Below are positions 48,546 to 59,784 of a stretch of 64,000 nt of DNA, one piece after another. Both the position numbers and the translations under genes were made by a program. The first letter of the stretch is position 1, and the number at the start of each line of letters is the position of its first letter. The notes beneath the pieces were generated by a model. It made no database searches. It saw nothing but the letters and a program-made list of their open reading frames with translations, and was not told the DNA's origin. This stretch comes from Geobacter sp. (GTDB taxonomy: Bacteria; Desulfobacterota; Desulfuromonadia; Geobacterales; Pseudopelobacteraceae): positions 1,175 to 65,174 of the forward strand of contig VFJW01000014.1 in NCBI GenBank assembly GCA_009885845.1. Reading direction: 5' to 3'.

Positions 48546-48656
48546 TCATGATTCAGAAATCCAACTCACTGGCTCCGTAACTGTTTAAAACTTCGACTAT
48601 ATTGAATAAGCCTTTTGCTTATTATTTGCACAAATGCCTAAAAAGGAGGCTGCACA

Positions 48657-50744
48657 ATGGAAATTTTTGGTAAAAATGTGTTTAACCAGGCAGTTATGAG
48701 AGAAAGGCTGCCGAAAGGTGTTTTCAAAAACCTGAAAAAAACCATCGATGAAGGTCTGCCACTGGATCCTACAATCGCAGATGTTGTTGCTACAGCAATG
48801 AAAGAGTGGGCTGTAGAAAGAGGTGCAACACATTTTACCCACTGGTTCCAACCGATGACCGGTATTACTGCAGAAAAACATGACTCATTCCTTTCACCAA
48901 ATGAAAATGGTGCTCTGATGGAGTTCTCCGGAAAAGAGCTGGTAAAGGGTGAGCCGGATGCCTCCTCTTTTCCCAGCGGTGGCCTGAGAGCAACTTTTGA
49001 AGCCAGGGGCTATACCGCTTGGGATTGCACCTCTCCTGCGTTCCTGAGAGAAGAGGCTGATGTCATAACTCTCTGCATCCCCACCGCCTTCTGCTCTTAC
49101 ACCGGTGAGGCGCTCGACAAAAAAACCCCGCTGCTTCGCTCCATGGAAGCACTTTCTACACAGGCAGTGCGTGTTCTGAAATTATTCGGAAATACCGCTG
49201 TCAGCAGGGTGACCTCAACTGTCGGCGCTGAGCAGGAATACTTCCTTATAGACAAGTCTTTTTACCTGAAAAGACCCGACCTGATGATGGCCGGCAGAAC
49301 ACTCTTCGGAGCTATGTCCTCAAAAGGCCAGGAACTGGAAGACCACTATTTCGGCACTATCAAGGAAAGAGTGCTGTCCTACATGAAAGAAGTAAATGAA
49401 GAACTCTGGAAACTGGGCGTTACCGCAAAAACCCAGCACAATGAAGTTGCACCCGGACAGTTTGAACTAGCCCCTATTTTTGAGAACACAAACATTGCCA
49501 CTGACCACAATCAGATGGTTATGGATGTTCTGAAGCGGGTCGCCATCAGACATGATCTGGTCTGCCTCCTGCACGAGAAACCATTTGCCGGCGTAAACGG
49601 TTCCGGCAAGCACAACAACTGGTCCATGAGCTCAAATGATGGACAGAACCTGCTTGAACCGGGTCACACCCCACATGAAAACGCCCAGTTCCTGACCTTC
49701 CTGATGGCAACCATCAAAGCGGTCGATACGTATGCTGGACTCCTGCGCTGTTCTTGCGCCAACGCCGGTAATGACCACCGCCTGGGCGCCAACGAAGCAC
49801 CCCCGGCAATCATTTCTATTTTCCTTGGCGACCAGCTTTCCGATATTATCGACCAGATCGTGGCTGGCGCAACAAAATCATCTTCTGCCAACGCTGATAT
49901 GAAGATTGGCGTTAACACCCTTCCCGCACTGCCCAAGGACGCCACCGACAGAAACCGAACTTCCCCGTTCGCATTTACCGGCAACAAGTTTGAATTCAGA
50001 ATGCTCGGCTCATCCTTCTCCATCTCAGGCCCCAACATTATCATTAATACAATCATTGCTGATGCGTTGAAGGGTTTTGCCGACAAACTTGAAAAGTCGA
50101 AAAACTTCTCGGCCGACCTTGAAAAACTGCTTCAGGAAACAGCAAAAAAACATAAGCGCGTTGTGTTTAACGGCAACAACTATTCTGACGAGTGGGTTAA
50201 AGAGGCCAAAAAACGCGGACTGCTGAATATCCCTAACGCTCCGAAGGCACTGAAGGAACTGGTAACAAAGGAAGCCGTTGAGCTGTTTGTTGCACACAAC
50301 GTCTTTAGCGAAAAAGAAATTCATTCACGGTATGAAATCATGGTCGAACAATATGTGAAGACCCTGAACATTGAAGCCCTGACGATGATCGACATGGCCA
50401 AGCACAGCATCATCCCTACAGCCATAGAATATGCAACAACGGTAGCATCATCGATCAATGCCGTTGCAGCCGTATCCGGCAAGCTGAACGTCTCAACCCA
50501 GAAGGAGCTTCTGGAAGAGCTCTCCGACAAACTTGCCTCTATGAGCAGCAATGTTAAAGCACTGGAAAAAGCCCTTGAAAGCGCACTGAACATTGCCGAC
50601 ATTGAAAAACAGGCCGTTGTGTTCAGGGAAAAGGTTTTTACAAAGATGCTTGAACTGCGTGCTGATGGTGATGCGTTGGAAAGAATCATCGCCGCCAAAT
50701 ACTGGCCGCTGCCGACCTATGGGGAAATGCTTTTCATTCTGTAG
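48657..50744 (+). CDS. glnN: Glutamine synthetase type III
   Basis: 695 aa. GSIII-type N-terminus [23 protein letters not shown], catalytic core [10 protein letters not shown], and an AAGGAGG SD. Confidence 0.95.
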   Translation: MEIFGKNVFNQAVMRERLPKGVFKNLKKTIDEGLPLDPTIADVVATAMKEWAVERGATHFTHWFQPMTGITAEKHDSFLSPNENGALMEFSGKELVKGEPDASSFPSGGLRATFEARGYTAWDCTSPAFLREEADVITLCIPTAFCSYTGEALDKKTPLLRSMEALSTQAVRVLKLFGNTAVSRVTSTVGAEQEYFLIDKSFYLKRPDLMMAGRTLFGAMSSKGQELEDHYFGTIKERVLSYMKEVNEELWKLGVTAKTQHNEVAPGQFELAPIFENTNIATDHNQMVMDVLKRVAIRHDLVCLLHEKPFAGVNGSGKHNNWSMSSNDGQNLLEPGHTPHENAQFLTFLMATIKAVDTYAGLLRCSCANAGNDHRLGANEAPPAIISIFLGDQLSDIIDQIVAGATKSSSANADMKIGVNTLPALPKDATDRNRTSPFAFTGNKFEFRMLGSSFSISGPNIIINTIIADALKGFADKLEKSKNFSADLEKLLQETAKKHKRVVFNGNNYSDEWVKEAKKRGLLNIPNAPKALKELVTKEAVELFVAHNVFSEKEIHSRYEIMVEQYVKTLNIEALTMIDMAKHSIIPTAIEYATTVASSINAVAAVSGKLNVSTQKELLEELSDKLASMSSNVKALEKALESALNIADIEKQAVVFREKVFTKMLELRADGDALERIIAAKYWPLPTYGEMLFIL

Positions 50745-50768
50745 CCCCGAATCTTTACTTATTTGACT

Positions 50769-50805
50769 AAAAAAGGAGCCTCCTTGACGGAGGCTCCTTT
50801 TTTTA
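50769..50805. terminator. Bidirectional rho-independent terminator between convergent glnN and glnA
   Basis: A-run, GGAGCCTCC-ttgac-GGAGGCTCC, then a T7 run. Confidence 0.8.
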
Positions 50806-50827
50806 CGTTCATTAAAACATCAAGCAC

Positions 50828-52240
50828 TTAAATATCGTAGTACAATTCAAACTCAAGTGGGACTGGACGCATACGAACAGGATTAACTTCTGCTTCTGTT
50901 TTGTACTCAATCCACTTCTCGATTACATCCGGGGTAAAGACATCGCCCTTCAGCAGGAAGTCGTGGTCATCTTTCAGGCACTGCAGTGCCTCTTCCAGAG
51001 TTCCAGGAGCAGACGGAATGTCCTTCAACTCTTCCGGAGAAAGACCGTAGATATCCTTGTCCAGAGGTTGACCCGGATCAATCTTGTTTTCCACACCATC
51101 AAGGCCTGCCATCAACATAGCGGCAAAAGCAAGATAGCCGTTGCATGACGGATCGGGCGTACGATATTCCACACGCTTTGCTTTCGGATTGGTGGACATC
51201 ATCGGAATACGGAGAGATGCGGACCGGTTACGGCTTGAGTACGCCATATTCACCGGGGCTTCAAAACCGGGCACCAGACGCTTGTATGAGTTGGTGGTCG
51301 GGTTGGTGATAGCACACAGAGCTTTTGCGTGTTTGATGATGCCGCCGATGTACCAGAGAGCCATCTGGGAAAGCCCGCCGTATTTATCGCCGGCAAAAAG
51401 GTTCTGTCCATCTTTCCAGATCGATTGATGGCAGTGCATCCCCGAACCGTTGTCACCATAAAGCGGCTTCGGCATAAAGGTTACCGTTTTGCCGTTGCGG
51501 TAGGCAACATTCTTGATGATGTACTTGAACCACTGCAGCTGGTCAGCCATATCTACCAGCGAAGAGAAGCGCATATCAATTTCGGCCTGGCCGCCGGTGG
51601 CAACTTCGTGATGCTGGCACTCAACCCGAATACCGACACTCTGAAGCACTTCAACCATTTCGTTACGCAGGTCGTTCTGTGAATCAACCGGTGAACAGGG
51701 GAAGTAGCCCTCTTTATGACGGGGTTTGTAGCCCAGATTAGGGAACTCTTCGCGACCACTGTTCCATGCGCCTTCAGATGAGTCAACGGCAAAGAATGAC
51801 TGATTGGCAGTCGAAGAGAACCGGACATCATCAAAGATGAAAAATTCAGCTTCGGGACCAAAAAAAGCGGTATCGCCAATGCCGGTAGACTTCAGGTACA
51901 TTTCAGCTTTTTTCGCTATGTTACGCGGGTCACGCGTGTAATCTTCCTTGGTGATCGGATCAAAAATATCACAAATGATCGACATTGTCGGGACCTTGAT
52001 AAACGGATCCATTTTCGCAGTCGCAGGATCGGGGAGCAGGATCATGTCAGATGCATGAATGGGCTGCCAGCCACGAATCGAAGAGCCGTCAAACCCTTGA
52101 CCCTCTTCGAAAGTGTCTTCGCTGAACTCGGACATTGGCACTGAAACGTGCTGCCATGTTCCAATAAAATCCATAAATTTGTAATCAACCATCTTCGCGC
52201 CGTTCTTTTCGGCAAACTCAACTACTTGTTTCGGTGTCAT
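50828..52240 (-). CDS. glnA: Glutamine synthetase type I
   Basis: 470 aa. [32 protein letters not shown] and the adenylylation-region KDIYGL. Confidence 0.95.
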   Translation of the reverse strand: MTPKQVVEFAEKNGAKMVDYKFMDFIGTWQHVSVPMSEFSEDTFEEGQGFDGSSIRGWQPIHASDMILLPDPATAKMDPFIKVPTMSIICDIFDPITKEDYTRDPRNIAKKAEMYLKSTGIGDTAFFGPEAEFFIFDDVRFSSTANQSFFAVDSSEGAWNSGREEFPNLGYKPRHKEGYFPCSPVDSQNDLRNEMVEVLQSVGIRVECQHHEVATGGQAEIDMRFSSLVDMADQLQWFKYIIKNVAYRNGKTVTFMPKPLYGDNGSGMHCHQSIWKDGQNLFAGDKYGGLSQMALWYIGGIIKHAKALCAITNPTTNSYKRLVPGFEAPVNMAYSSRNRSASLRIPMMSTNPKAKRVEYRTPDPSCNGYLAFAAMLMAGLDGVENKIDPGQPLDKDIYGLSPEELKDIPSAPGTLEEALQCLKDDHDFLLKGDVFTPDVIEKWIEYKTEAEVNPVRMRPVPLEFELYYDI

Positions 52241-52270
52241 CTGTTGCTCCTATCGGGATTAGTTTTTTTC

Positions 52271-52627
<357 letters not shown>

Positions 52628-52701
52628 TCAATTTTCTGGTAACCAGGAAAACAGATTTACGGCACCTACACCGGCACACATAAATTGAGTTTAAGACAAA
52701 A

Positions 52702-52717
52702 GCAAGCTCCTTGCCAA
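52702..52717 (-). promoter_or_regulatory. Sigma54-type promoter upstream of glnB-glnA
   Basis: Minus strand reads TGGCAA-ggagc-TTGCT with correct GG-N10-GC spacing, about 95 nt upstream of the glnB start. Confidence 0.55.
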
Positions 52718-52922
52718 TTTCACATACAATTTATTATGGCAGCATATCTGGATAGTTAGAGCTCACAGCCAGAGGCCGACACTATACCTTACACTTCCAG
52801 ATGCCCAACAAATCATCACCAGACAGCCATATCTGCTTATTTTACGGGCAGTTCCGGCACAAAAGTCCCAAACCAATGCATGCCTGCCGAGCCTAATGAA
52901 AGCGCTACCCGATGATGAGTAT

Positions 52923-52951
52923 TTGAACTGTTACAAAAAATACGATATAAT
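52923..52951 (+). promoter_or_regulatory. Sigma70 promoter TTGAAC-17 nt-TATAAT immediately upstream of the M23 peptidase ATG
   Basis: Read directly. The -10 ends 6 nt before the ATG at 52958, so the predicted transcript would be leaderless. Confidence 0.45.
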
Positions 52952-52957
52952 CAAGGA

Positions 52958-53830
52958 ATGAGAATAACTACCAGAAAATGTGTCGAACAACAAGTACAAT
53001 TGACACCTCCGGAAAAAGTAGCGGGAGAGTTGCAGAGCGGGTTTCTTAAATTCAGCATTATAGCTCTGACCTTTGTTTTCTACCTGTCCAGCTCGTACGC
53101 AAGAGCTGATATCTACCGGTTTGTCACCATCGATGGCGTTGAAACATTTACCGATGCGCCGAGCGACAAGAGTGCCACCGTCGTCATCAAAGATCGGCCG
53201 ACTGCAGTGGCCCGGCAGTCAAAACTGATAAAGAAGCAAAAGACCCATACCATTTCGCTCGACGAGATTGTCCAAAAAACTGTTACCGCCTCTCTGAATC
53301 CCCATGAAACCGACCTTGACAGTTCAGATCTTCACCTGCCGCCGGTTGGCGGTTCAATAACGTCGCAGGTTGGCATGAGAATAGACCCGATCGATGGAAC
53401 ATGGCGGCAGCATAACGGCATTGACATTGCAATCCCAAGCGGGACCCCGGTCAAACCGGTTGCTCCCGGCGTGGTTGTCTACAGTGGAAGCCGCTCAGGA
53501 TATGGCAACACCGTCGTAGTCGAACACGACAACGGGGTCATTACTCTCTACGCCCACAACAGTCGCATTCTGGTGGCACAGGGACAACAGGTCACGTCTG
53601 ACAGCACGCTGGCATTGTCCGGTTCTAGCGGGAGATCGACCGGACCACACCTCCACTTTGAGGCGTGGCAGTCAGGAACAAACATCACCATGGCGTTTCT
53701 TCCCGACAGCGGCATTGCCCTCCCGAAAGCGACCCTCATTGCCAGCAGCCAGAAGGCATCCCGTTTCCGGAGTGAAACACTATCTGATGGCTCGGTTCTG
53801 TTTACCAACATTCCTGCTTCCACCCCCTGA
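52958..53830 (+). CDS. M23 family metallopeptidase with DUF4124-like N-terminal domain
   Basis: IYRFVTIDGVETFTDAP, HNGIDIAIPSGTPV, GNTVVVEHDNG and GPHLHFE (HxxxD/HxH LytM signature). Confidence 0.85.
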   Translation: MRITTRKCVEQQVQLTPPEKVAGELQSGFLKFSIIALTFVFYLSSSYARADIYRFVTIDGVETFTDAPSDKSATVVIKDRPTAVARQSKLIKKQKTHTISLDEIVQKTVTASLNPHETDLDSSDLHLPPVGGSITSQVGMRIDPIDGTWRQHNGIDIAIPSGTPVKPVAPGVVVYSGSRSGYGNTVVVEHDNGVITLYAHNSRILVAQGQQVTSDSTLALSGSSGRSTGPHLHFEAWQSGTNITMAFLPDSGIALPKATLIASSQKASRFRSETLSDGSVLFTNIPASTP

Positions 53831-55032
53831 TGCGCAACCAGATTGTAAAATACACGGCAAAATTGATTTCAGACGGCTCGGCACTCTTCGGGCAGATTGC
53901 CTTTGCTGCGCAGGATGACGTGATGATTTCCGACGGAGATCCAACCCTGGCAGCGTTATCAGAAGAGGTGCTTTCCCGCCTGAACTGCCTGGCTCTCGCC
54001 ACCGCCGTCCCTTCACTCCCCTTTGCTTATTTTCTCATCAGAAGATCCGCCGGTCATGTTCATGATATTGTCCCGCGTGACACCGAAACCCGCACCTTTC
54101 TGCATGACATTCCAATAGTTCGAACAGACGAGCTTGGAGTAGATCCAGCGTTGACAATTGCCACCCTGCTCGGGAATCGCAAAGGTATTGTTGTTGAGGG
54201 GGTCGGAATAATTGCGGCCGGGGCTTTGACCGTCGAGCAGGCCTATATCAACTGGTCTTCTGTTTTTCATTCGACGTATATCAAATACCTCGAAGATCTG
54301 CTCGAAAACGGCTTCATGCTTCCCGGAGAACAAGCGGCTTTTGATCATTTTCGTACATCGCTCGCTCCGCTTTCTTCTGATAACCTCGAGTTTCGTTCGG
54401 GACCGTTCGCTGAAAAAAATATTATCCTGGAAGAGATTGTTCGCGTCGGACGGTATACAGTCCAAAGACACCTGGTAGATTCTTTTTTCGGCAACATTTC
54501 ATATTCAAACGGCAACCTGATTTATATTTCCCAAACCGCATCAAGCCTGGATGAGCTCTCCGGCTGCATCGACCCGGTCCCGTTTGAAAACTGCTCGACT
54601 GTCGGCATAACCGCCTCCAGCGAACTGGTTGCACACCGCTCCATTTTTGAAACAACCGGATGTCAGGCCATTCTGCACGGGCACCCCCGCTTTGCGGTGG
54701 TCATGAGCATGCTCTGCAGTGAAAAGGAAACGTGTGCCGTAACGGACTGCTGGAAGGATTGCATAAAGGTGCGTACTCTGGGGGAAACTCCGGTAGTAGC
54801 AGGGGAAATTGGGGCCGGCGGTATCGCAAGGAATGTCCCGCCGGTGATCGGCAACACCGGCTCAGCAATAGTGTATGGTCACGGGATTTTCAGCATCGGC
54901 ATGACCGATTTCCGCGCGACATTTCAGGGAATGGTTGATGTCGAGAACTGGTGCCGGGCGGAATATTTCCGGCGGTTTGATGAAAAACATGTACACAAGC
55001 CAAAGCCTGAAGCGGTTGCAACGAATAGTTAA
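53830..55032 (+). CDS. Class II aldolase/adducin domain-containing protein
   Basis: The C-terminal half has GNISY...ITASS...HRSIF...AILHGHP...GHGIF, typical of the class II aldolase fold. TGATG junction with the upstream gene. Confidence 0.65.
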   Translation: MRNQIVKYTAKLISDGSALFGQIAFAAQDDVMISDGDPTLAALSEEVLSRLNCLALATAVPSLPFAYFLIRRSAGHVHDIVPRDTETRTFLHDIPIVRTDELGVDPALTIATLLGNRKGIVVEGVGIIAAGALTVEQAYINWSSVFHSTYIKYLEDLLENGFMLPGEQAAFDHFRTSLAPLSSDNLEFRSGPFAEKNIILEEIVRVGRYTVQRHLVDSFFGNISYSNGNLIYISQTASSLDELSGCIDPVPFENCSTVGITASSELVAHRSIFETTGCQAILHGHPRFAVVMSMLCSEKETCAVTDCWKDCIKVRTLGETPVVAGEIGAGGIARNVPPVIGNTGSAIVYGHGIFSIGMTDFRATFQGMVDVENWCRAEYFRRFDEKHVHKPKPEAVATNS

Positions 55033-55290
55033 AGTTGACCCTCAAAACAAAACCGGTACGTCCGCAGTATCCAATCGCATTCACCTCCCTTCTTTTCAAA
55101 AATCCAGCGGGCTTTTTGGTTCTTTTATCGTTCTGACCGGAACACAGTGGGTGTAGATCATGGTAGTTTTCAGACTGGAGTGACCGGCAGCTCAGCATTT
55201 GTACAAGAACATTCATTGGCGATTCTGTTAGTGTTTTTCCTGATTATCGTGATTTTGGATTTGATCACTTAACGGAAGACACAATTAAAA

Positions 55291-55318
55291 TTGACATGCG
55301 TACCAATATTGGTACAAT
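55291..55318 (+). promoter_or_regulatory. Promoter with embedded 16-bp perfect palindrome (operator) of TA locus 1
   Basis: TTGACA-16 nt-TACAAT. The spacer and the first half of the -10 contain GTACCAATATTGGTAC (55300..55315). Confidence 0.6.
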
Positions 55319-55327
55319 GGGTCACAA

Positions 55328-55684
55328 ATGACCGATATTTCTTTTGTCCTTAAAGTTGTATTTTATCGAACCGAAGCCGGCAAGGAGCCGGTCCGGGAGT
55401 GGCTGAAGGATTTGCATCGTGATGACAAGCGGCAAATTGGCGAAGATATCAAGACCGCCCAGTTTGGCTGGCCTCTGGGAATGCCACTCATCAGAAAGAT
55501 CGACAAGGATCTGTGGGAGGTCCGAACAAGATTGTCAGACGGCATTGCACGGGTGTTCTTCACGGTTGACGGCGAGTTCATGATTTTACTGCATGGATTT
55601 ATGAAGAAATCACAGAATACTCCACAAAACGAACTCAAGACGGCATTGAGCCGCCTTGGCACCTACAAAAGAGGCACAAAATGA
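55328..55684 (+). CDS. Type II toxin-antitoxin system toxin, RelE/ParE superfamily (HigB/Gp49-like)
   Basis: 118 aa. YRTEAGKEPVREWL...DLWEVRTRLSDGIARVFFTVDGEFMILLHGFMKKSQNTP is the Gp49/DUF891 pattern. ATGA overlap with the downstream HTH gene. Confidence 0.85.
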   Translation: MTDISFVLKVVFYRTEAGKEPVREWLKDLHRDDKRQIGEDIKTAQFGWPLGMPLIRKIDKDLWEVRTRLSDGIARVFFTVDGEFMILLHGFMKKSQNTPQNELKTALSRLGTYKRGTK

Positions 55685-55962
55685 AAAACGAACATTTAGG
55701 ATCAAACTTCGATGATTTTCTTGAAGAAGAAGGTCTACGTGCAGAGGCAGAAGCTGCAGCAATCAAAAGGGTTATTGCATTCCAGATAGAACAGGAAATG
55801 AAACAAGCGAACCTTTCAAAAACCGCTATGGCCGAGAAGATGCACACTAGTCGCACAGCATTGGACAGGCTCCTTGATCCTGCCAATGTTTCAGTTACCC
55901 TCCAAACCCTCGAAAGAGCCGCCCTTGCCCTCGGTAAAAGCCTGAAAGTTGAACTGGCATAA
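55681..55962 (+). CDS. XRE-family HTH antitoxin (HigA-like)
   Basis: 93 aa. HTH LSKTAMAEKMHTSRTALDRLLDP. Toxin-first gene order. Confidence 0.85.
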   Translation: MKNEHLGSNFDDFLEEEGLRAEAEAAAIKRVIAFQIEQEMKQANLSKTAMAEKMHTSRTALDRLLDPANVSVTLQTLERAALALGKSLKVELA

Positions 55963-56126
55963 CTAAGCGCAGCACCGGTCGGCTAAAAACCGCCACCGAT
56001 GTGCTCACAGCCGTTCCAGTACCAACTGAATTGCCTGTAGCAGAACAGCTGCGCTTCCAACCACGTAAAGAGTTCCCTTTGCTTTCGATAATTTGATCGG
56101 GTTTCCTCCCGAATCGCAGCAGCCAG

Positions 56127-56867
56127 CTAAACCGCCCGTACTTTCCGCGCAATCTCAAACAGTGCTATCCCCCCGGCAACCGAGGCATTCAGTGAACTTA
56201 CCCCGCCATACTGCGGGATCGACATAACCACATCACACTGTTTGCGCACTAACGGCCTGATCCCCTCCCCTTCACCACCCACCACCAGCACGACGTTTCC
56301 TGAAAAGTCGGCTCCGTATACAGACTGCCGGGCGGCACCATCGAGTCCATATACCCAGTAGCCGAGCTTCTTTAATACTTCCAGCGTCTGGGCGATATTG
56401 GTAACCAGAGCCACAGGAACCGTCTCAACGGCGCCCGCCGATGTCTTCTCGGCGGCTGCGGTGATGCCGCAGGCACGGTCTTTGGGTATAATGACGCCGT
56501 CAACCCCGGCACATGCGGCCGAACGGATCAGCGCTCCCAGATTATGAGGATCCTGAATCGCATCGAGAACCAGAATAAATCCGGCGCTGCCGGACTGGCT
56601 GATCGAGTCCATCAGATCGTCGAAGTCGGTATACCGGAAGGGCTCCACTTCCAGGGCGATCCCCTGGTGATGTGAAGAGGCACACATCTTTGTAAGATCA
56701 ATCTTGTCCCGCCGATGAACCGCAACGCCGCGTTCCTCGGCCAACCTGATAATTTTTTCGACCCGATGATCGGTGGCGCTGATCTGCACATACAGATTGT
56801 ATGCACCCCGCGTCCCCTGCAGAGATTCTTTTACCGGATTGACGCCGAATATCAGCTCACCCTTCAC
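56127..56867 (-). CDS. rlmB: 23S rRNA (guanosine-2'-O)-methyltransferase RlmB (SpoU/TrmH family)
   Basis: IFGVNPVKESL, LDAIQDPHNLGALIRSA and SLNASVAGGIALFE. The GTG at 56867 overlaps the pyrF stop (GTGA). Confidence 0.9.
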   Translation of the reverse strand: MKGELIFGVNPVKESLQGTRGAYNLYVQISATDHRVEKIIRLAEERGVAVHRRDKIDLTKMCASSHHQGIALEVEPFRYTDFDDLMDSISQSGSAGFILVLDAIQDPHNLGALIRSAACAGVDGVIIPKDRACGITAAAEKTSAGAVETVPVALVTNIAQTLEVLKKLGYWVYGLDGAARQSVYGADFSGNVVLVVGGEGEGIRPLVRKQCDVVMSIPQYGGVSSLNASVAGGIALFEIARKVRAV

Positions 56868-57589
56868 CGTGCACCTTCCACTATCTCGGCGGCAATACAT
56901 TCTGCCGCTTCAACTGGGTCCGGCGCTTTAGCTATCGGTCGGCCGATCACCAGATAATCAGCTCCTGATGTTACAGCCTCTGCAGGAGTCATGATGCGCT
57001 TCTGGTCATCAGCAGAAGCAAAAGAGGGACGTACTCCCGGAGTAACAATCAAAAAATCGGGACCGCAGACTTCTCTGATCAGTCCGATTTCAAGAGGCGA
57101 AGCCACCACTCCATCCATACCGGCTTCTTTGGCGAGACTGGCAAGGCGAACAACCATATCCTGAACCGAATGATCTATTCCCACCTGCCGTAGCGTCATG
57201 GCGGTAGATGAGGTCAGAATCGTTACCGCAAGAAGCCGGGGACGCTCGGTATCGTTGAACTCCTTGTGCACTGCGGCAACTGCAGTTTCCATCATCTCAG
57301 CGCCGCCCAGAGCGTGCAGATTGGTTATCTGTACACCAAGGCGTGCCGCTGCAAGCATCGCGCTCGCGACAGTATTCGGAATGTCGTGGTATTTCAGATC
57401 GAGAAAGACCTGACCTCCATGGCGCTGGACAGCCTTGACCGCAGCCGGCCCGCAGGAGGTGAATAACTCCTTGCCTACCTTGAACATCCCGACTTTCCCG
57501 GACAATGTTTCCGCCCAGCGGTCAATGTCATCCAGACCAGGTACATCCAGGGCATATATGATTTTTTTACGCGCCTCTTCTAATGTCAT
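56864..57589 (-). CDS. pyrF: Orotidine 5'-phosphate decarboxylase
   Basis: IIYALDV, FLDLKYHDIPNTV and DYLVIGRPI. Confidence 0.95.
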   Translation of the reverse strand: MTLEEARKKIIYALDVPGLDDIDRWAETLSGKVGMFKVGKELFTSCGPAAVKAVQRHGGQVFLDLKYHDIPNTVASAMLAAARLGVQITNLHALGGAEMMETAVAAVHKEFNDTERPRLLAVTILTSSTAMTLRQVGIDHSVQDMVVRLASLAKEAGMDGVVASPLEIGLIREVCGPDFLIVTPGVRPSFASADDQKRIMTPAEAVTSGADYLVIGRPIAKAPDPVEAAECIAAEIVEGAR

Positions 57590-57596
57590 GTCACCC

Positions 57597-59462
57597 TCAT
57601 TTCATAAATTCCACAGCCGCTGCGATGATTCCTTCAGTATCAATACCGACATCCTTACGGAGCTGAGCCTGACTCCCCTGCTCGATATAGTGGTCAGGCA
57701 GGCCGAGTCGACGCACCTTCACATTCTGCATATTATTGTCAAACAACAGTTCCAGAACGGCGCTGCCAAAACCGCCCTGCAGGGCATTCTCCTCCACGGT
57801 CATCATTCTGCCGGTCCGCCGGGCAGCCGCAAGAATAAGTTCTGCGTCAAGGGGTTTCACAAAGCGGGCGTTGATTACCCCCGCAGAAATCCCGTTCAAC
57901 CGGAGCGCCTCCGCCGCTTGCAGAGCAGGATAAACCGTTGCTCCGACAGCGACAATAGTCAGATCAGAACCGTCCAGAAGCTCCTCACCCTTCCCGATTG
58001 CGAGACATTTCAACTCACGATCCAGCTCAACTCCATAACCCGCCCCTCGCGGGTAGCGAAGCGCAATCGGAATACCTGAATACACAGCGGTCTTGAGCAT
58101 ATGACGTAATTCGTTCTCATCCTTGGGGGCCATAACGGTTATTCCCGGCAGGTGCCGTAAATAGGAAAGATCGAAAACACCATGATGGGTTGGGCCGTCA
58201 TCTCCCACCAGACCGGCGCGATCCATGGCAATGGTGACCGGCAGATGCTGCAGACAGACATCATGAAAAACCTGATCGTACGCGCGCTGAACAAAAGTTG
58301 AATATATCGCAACAACCGGTCTGAAGCCATCTGCAGCCAGTCCGGCCGCAAATGCCATGGCATGCTGCTCGGCGATTCCGACATCAAAAAAACGATCCGG
58401 AAAACGGTGCAAAAAATGATTGAGTCCAGTTCCGTCCGGCATGGCAGCGGTTATGGCAATAATTTTTGGGTCTTCTTCCGCCAATTGCACCAGGGTATCG
58501 CCAAACTGATCGGTATATGATTTGACCGCCGGTTTGGCAGCCCCTTTGCCGGTAGCAAGATCAAACGTACCGACACCATGATATTTGTCCGGAGTTTCTT
58601 CGGCAGGTTTGTACCCCTTGCCCTTTGTTGTCATGATATGTACCAGCAGCGGCCCGTCAAGTTCATTAATGTTAGTGAATACATCAACAAGCTGCTTCAT
58701 GTCATGTCCATCGAGGGGGCCGACATAATCAAAGCCGAGCGCCTCAAAAAGGGATCCAGGGGTAAGAAATCCCTTCAGCGAATTTTCAGCACGACGGGCA
58801 AACTGAAGAATATCCGTACCAAACGCCGGAATATTCTTAAGTAAAATCTGCATCTCTTTTTTTAAATCACGGTAATAACGCCCCGTCATTTTGCGGGAAA
58901 TAAACGCAGAAAAAGCACCGACATTCTTCGAAATCGACATTTCATTGTCATTCAGAATAACGATAAGATTTTTTTTGAGGTGTCCAGCCTGATTCAGAGC
59001 TTCAAAGGCCATGCCGCCGGTCAGGGATCCATCCCCTATTACTGCAATTGAATGACTCCGTTTTCCGTCAAGACTCGCAGCAGCAGCCAGGCCGAGACCG
59101 GCTGAGATAGAGGTTGATGAGTGACCAACGCCGAAGGCATCATGCTCAGATTCGCAACGCTTTGGAAAACCGGAAATACCCTTGTACTGTCGCTGAGTAT
59201 GAAAACGGTCGCGGCGCCCGGTGAGGATTTTGTGGGTATATGCCTGATGCCCGACATCCCAGATTATTTTGTCTACAGGGGAGTTAAAGCAGTAATGCAG
59301 GGCGATCGACAGCTCAACAACTCCAAGATTGGAGCCGAGATGGCCTCCGGTTATTGAAACGGTTTCCAGAAGAAACTTTCTGACCTCTGCCGCAAGTTCA
59401 GGCAGTTGCTCCTGATGTAATGTTTTCAGATCAGATGGTGAGTTTATCATTTCAAGCAGCAT
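57597..59462 (-). CDS. dxs: 1-deoxy-D-xylulose-5-phosphate synthase
   Basis: [33 protein letters not shown] and the transketolase-like C-terminal domains. ATG at 59462 ([13 protein letters not shown]) is preceded by GGGAG. Confidence 0.95.
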   Translation of the reverse strand: MLLEMINSPSDLKTLHQEQLPELAAEVRKFLLETVSITGGHLGSNLGVVELSIALHYCFNSPVDKIIWDVGHQAYTHKILTGRRDRFHTQRQYKGISGFPKRCESEHDAFGVGHSSTSISAGLGLAAAASLDGKRSHSIAVIGDGSLTGGMAFEALNQAGHLKKNLIVILNDNEMSISKNVGAFSAFISRKMTGRYYRDLKKEMQILLKNIPAFGTDILQFARRAENSLKGFLTPGSLFEALGFDYVGPLDGHDMKQLVDVFTNINELDGPLLVHIMTTKGKGYKPAEETPDKYHGVGTFDLATGKGAAKPAVKSYTDQFGDTLVQLAEEDPKIIAITAAMPDGTGLNHFLHRFPDRFFDVGIAEQHAMAFAAGLAADGFRPVVAIYSTFVQRAYDQVFHDVCLQHLPVTIAMDRAGLVGDDGPTHHGVFDLSYLRHLPGITVMAPKDENELRHMLKTAVYSGIPIALRYPRGAGYGVELDRELKCLAIGKGEELLDGSDLTIVAVGATVYPALQAAEALRLNGISAGVINARFVKPLDAELILAAARRTGRMMTVEENALQGGFGSAVLELLFDNNMQNVKVRRLGLPDHYIEQGSQAQLRKDVGIDTEGIIAAAVEFMK

Positions 59463-59784
59463 TACTACTCCCTGGAGAAAACCCGACATCAAAGGCCGGA
59501 TAAGGTATAATCAAACTTGCGGCTAATTTCATCCGGCTCAACTCCTGGCATGTAACCGGTAGCGACTATTGCCAAGAGTTATTTCCACTTTAAGTAAGTA
59601 GATTACTACCATATTACACGCAATGGTTATATGTTTTTTTCCATTTTCAAACGGAACATTCTGATATTCTGAAAGAATTTATTAAAGCTGCTTGACAACA
59701 CATACGTACATACGCATAAATGCGGCAATGAAATTGACCCCGCACAATGAAATAATCACTGCCAAACAATTGAACAGGTGCCGT

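Noticed and set aside
55140-55220. Minus-strand peptide NVLVQMLSCRSLQSENYHDLH, which resembles the LGHxSxxTTxxYxH C-terminus of tyrosine recombinases and could be an integrase relic next to TA locus 1.
   Set aside because: The key residues (GH and the Y-x-H spacing) do not match, upstream frames are closed and the similarity is too weak without a database alignment.
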